From the NCBI GenBank assembly GCA_964035575.1, contig OZ037836.1, positions 1,550,001 to 1,614,000 on the forward strand: 64,000 nucleotides of DNA. Direction: 5' to 3'. This document shows positions 61,285 through 64,000 of the stretch, piece by piece. This stretch comes from Rhynchopus sp. YZ270_cl-10 (Eukaryota). Under the pieces are notes generated by a model. That model was not told the DNA's origin. It worked only from the letters and a program-made list of their open reading frames with translations, and searched no databases. Positions within the stretch are counted from its first letter, which is position 1. Every line of letters begins with the position of its first letter. The translations under genes were made by a program, and so were the position numbers.

Positions 61285-64000
61285 GTGGGCCTTGCCCCAC
61301 TAAAGATAGTGTGCAGCAATGTGACGGCGCTGCAGACAGGCGGGAGCTCTCTGCTGAAGGTTGCGGAGGATGCTCACGTTGTTCTGGTACAAGAGACAAA
61401 GTGCACCGTGACGACGCAGAAGCGCCTCTCCATCGAGTACCGCGAGCAGGGTTGGCAGGTGGTGTGGGGTAAGGAGTTGCCGGAATGGAGGTCGGCCGAA
61501 GAAGCGAAATCTGGTGGTGTTGCGATTCTGGTGCAAGAGGGAATACCTGTGCTCACGAGCCCGCCCTCCTCAACCTTGGAAAAGAACCTCTGGGACTCAA
61601 CGCGATGGGTGAAGGCGAAGGTGGCGTACGGCAAAGGCAACGAGTGGATCGACGTGACCTCCGTCTACGCGCCGTCGGCGGACCCGGAGGCTAGGGAGAA
61701 AATACTTGGCGAGGTGATGGAGGCTGCTGCAGAGCTTGGTGATATTCCTGGGGTGATTGGTGGGGATTTCAACGCAGGTCCAGGGAAATCAGGTGTGCTG
61801 GCTGCTACACTGGACACAGGATGGTGGAAGGACACTGCCGAAGAGCACGCAAGGGTGCTTGGGACGACCCCGGACAACACCTACTTCTCGGTGAAAGACG
61901 GCAAGGAGATCCGCAAGAGGCTCGATTACGTTCTGCTGAACCGAGCTGCGTGCACAGGGCTGTCGTCTGTGAAGGTTGTCCACGACTCTGGGCTCCCGCA
62001 GCACAGACCGGTAGAGATAGCGCTGGATGTAGGTGCGTACAGGCAGATCGTGCTCGCGTACACTCTGCCGAAGCAGTTCCCTTTGGACAAGTGTGGACAA
62101 GGCGTGAAGAATGCACAAAAGGCGTTTGCGAGCAAGGAGCTGCAGTGGGGGGCGCTTCAACACCCTCAGGATAGGTGGATACAGTGGAACAAGTGGGCAG
62201 AGGACTTCTTGCTGCAGGCGTGCGAAGGCGAGATTGAGGGCCCGACGAAGGCGTATTGCGGAAGAGGCAAAACGTTTGACCCGAAGCCGAAGCACCGGAC
62301 TGCGAAGCAGAGCAAGGAAGGGGACGCTCTGACAGTGAGCCAGAGAAGGCTGACGAAGAACGTGGGCAGGCTGGAAGAATGTCGGCTGTGGTACGTGAGG
62401 AGCAACGGTGGTGTGCCGCCACATGACGTGTGCAATTGTTGGAGCAAGGCGCGGAAGGAACTGCGTGTTCTGCTGGACGACGACTCACTGCAACAGGATA
62501 TGCCTAGCGAGGAGGCTTTGGTGGATCTGTGCAGAGCCGTGCGAGTGAAGGTGTCAACGCTTGCGGACCGAGTGAAGCGGAAGCGACTGGAGGACTGGCG
62601 GCAGCGCCTACGGGATGCATGGCACAATGCTCCCAAGGCGATCTTCAAATACTGCAAGGACGAACAGTACAGGAAGATGACTGCCCTGAAGAACGAGGAT
62701 GGGAAGTTCACCGCCAACGCTGAGGAGATGGACACCCTCCTGCATGAGGCGTGGATGCCGATTCTTCGCCGATATGCGGAAAAGCCAGAGCCCGACTGGG
62801 GTGCGTTTAGGGAGAAGTTTACAGAAGACATCGCAGGCAAGGGGCAAGCGATGCAGATGGACAGGCTGACGGGGAAGGAGTTGCAGCAAACTCTGGGGAG
62901 GATGAAGACACAAACTTCTGCTGGGGTGGAGGGTTGGCGCATGGTAGAGCTGAAGGCGCTTCCTCTGGTGCTGCTCGACAGGCTGGCAGATGTGTTTGAT
63001 GCGATTGAGTGTACGGGGGAGTGGCCGCCTTCTTTGATGAGAGCACTCATTGCGCTCATCCCCAAAGGGGAAGACGACACCCCGCTGAAGCAGCGACCTA
63101 TCACGATCACTTCGTGTATCTACAGACTGTGGGCGGCAGCGAGGTTGCGAAGGCTGATAAAGTGGCAGGAAAGCTGGATTGGTGAGCAACAGCACGGCTT
63201 CAGAGCAGGACACAGCACTGCACACCTGTACTGGCATCTGTCGCTCAAGCTGGAGAAGGCGGTACTGTCGGGTGACGACACAGACCAGGTATGGGGCTTC
63301 ACGATCGACTACGCCAAATGTTTCGATCGTGTACCTCATGAGATTGTGCTATCGCTGGCGGAGGAGTGGGGCGCGCACTGGCGTATTCTTGGACCACTGA
63401 GGGCTGCGTACACTGCCATGGAACGCCGCTTCAAGTTGGGAGACGTAGGTGTGGGAGGCACCTTTCGTACGACAAATGGTATCCTGCAAGGATGCCCACT
63501 TTCTGTCGTGCTGTTGAACGCGCTGATGGCGGTGTGGGGATCTGCAGTGACGAGAAGGACCGGAGCAATCGCCATGGGGTACGCTGACGACGTGTATGCT
63601 GTGGCGAACACGGAAGCGGAGGTGCATGGTGCTGCGAGGGTGACGAAGGAGTTTATCACTGCTGCGGACATGGAGGTCAAGGCAGAGAAGTGCGTAGGGT
63701 TTACCTCGAAGGAGGGAACAAAGACGAAGTTTGGACTTGGCGACGGGCTCTTCCCCGACAAGAAGCAGTTCGGGGCGGTTGGAGCAGACATTTTGGCTGG
63801 AAAGGGGAACTTCGGGCCCATCGCGCGTGAGCGTGCGGTTACTGCGCACCGTGTGTTTACGAGGGTTTCGAGTGTGCCTTTATCCTTCACTGAGAAGGCA
63901 CTTATTGGCGCAAGGGGACCAATGATGGCAGCGTTGCATGGGTGCGAAGTGACAGACTTCTCAAAGCAGACCATAGAGACGCTGAGGCAAGGGGCAGCAC
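61285..64000 (+). CDS. Retrotransposon ORF2 APE-RT (copy 3, truncated by the window edge)
   Basis: Same sequence as 39744 onward, includes YADD. Confidence 0.9.
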   Translation, partial: MGLAPLKIVCSNVTALQTGGSSLLKVAEDAHVVLVQETKCTVTTQKRLSIEYREQGWQVVWGKELPEWRSAEEAKSGGVAILVQEGIPVLTSPPSSTLEKNLWDSTRWVKAKVAYGKGNEWIDVTSVYAPSADPEAREKILGEVMEAAAELGDIPGVIGGDFNAGPGKSGVLAATLDTGWWKDTAEEHARVLGTTPDNTYFSVKDGKEIRKRLDYVLLNRAACTGLSSVKVVHDSGLPQHRPVEIALDVGAYRQIVLAYTLPKQFPLDKCGQGVKNAQKAFASKELQWGALQHPQDRWIQWNKWAEDFLLQACEGEIEGPTKAYCGRGKTFDPKPKHRTAKQSKEGDALTVSQRRLTKNVGRLEECRLWYVRSNGGVPPHDVCNCWSKARKELRVLLDDDSLQQDMPSEEALVDLCRAVRVKVSTLADRVKRKRLEDWRQRLRDAWHNAPKAIFKYCKDEQYRKMTALKNEDGKFTANAEEMDTLLHEAWMPILRRYAEKPEPDWGAFREKFTEDIAGKGQAMQMDRLTGKELQQTLGRMKTQTSAGVEGWRMVELKALPLVLLDRLADVFDAIECTGEWPPSLMRALIALIPKGEDDTPLKQRPITITSCIYRLWAAARLRRLIKWQESWIGEQQHGFRAGHSTAHLYWHLSLKLEKAVLSGDDTDQVWGFTIDYAKCFDRVPHEIVLSLAEEWGAHWRILGPLRAAYTAMERRFKLGDVGVGGTFRTTNGILQGCPLSVVLLNALMAVWGSAVTRRTGAIAMGYADDVYAVANTEAEVHGAARVTKEFITAADMEVKAEKCVGFTSKEGTKTKFGLGDGLFPDKKQFGAVGADILAGKGNFGPIARERAVTAHRVFTRVSSVPLSFTEKALIGARGPMMAALHGCEVTDFSKQTIETLRQGAA

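Larger units (their letters stand above)
58372..64000 (+). mobile_element. Site-specific non-LTR retrotransposon, copy 3 (runs off the window)
   Basis: Begins GGGATACAC right after CTCGTTTACCACCCTGGA (58354-58371). Confidence 0.95.

Noticed and set aside
36831..64000. Three copies as a tandem duplication or assembly collapse
   Set aside because: Flanks and target variants differ per copy, TSDs are copy-specific, and copies 1 and 2 differ by at least two substitutions and a terminal base

Overview
This is a eukaryotic window with uninterrupted ORFs. A conserved CACACACAG motif 29 nt before the Ubl-LRR start codons suggests SL trans-splicing, so a euglenozoan such as a diplonemid (inference). 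It holds a WD40/Pro-rich/multi-TM membrane protein gene, an FHA + degenerate Tpt1/KptA-like gene with a partial duplicate, and a tandem family of six genes encoding an N-terminal ubiquitin-like domain, a variable number of 25-aa (75-bp) BspA-like LRRs and a basic C-terminal NLS-like tail. The main discovery is a sequence-specific APE-RT non-LTR retrotransposon of about 7.76 kb that targets the LRR-coding repeat itself. Three near-identical copies (36831, 50371, 58372) and one non-coding passenger (45363) are inserted at the same bond of the motif CTCkTTwACCACCCTGGA. Where both ends are visible there is an 18-bp TSD. Each autonomous copy is co-oriented with the host gene and starts exactly at G1 of an HDV-like ribozyme fold. 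The two complete copies end in a hairpin with no poly(A). ORF1 carries a degenerate RNase H-like domain and an OTU protease domain; ORF2 has no AUG start and ends in an unusual Cys/His triple repeat. A second, non-coding element of about 2 kb (18-19-bp TSD, possible 5' ribozyme) splits another Ubl-LRR gene. It is itself interrupted by a complete foldback-type MULE whose transposase ends in a Josephin-like protease domain. All domain and RNA-structure calls were made by eye; no database searches were run.
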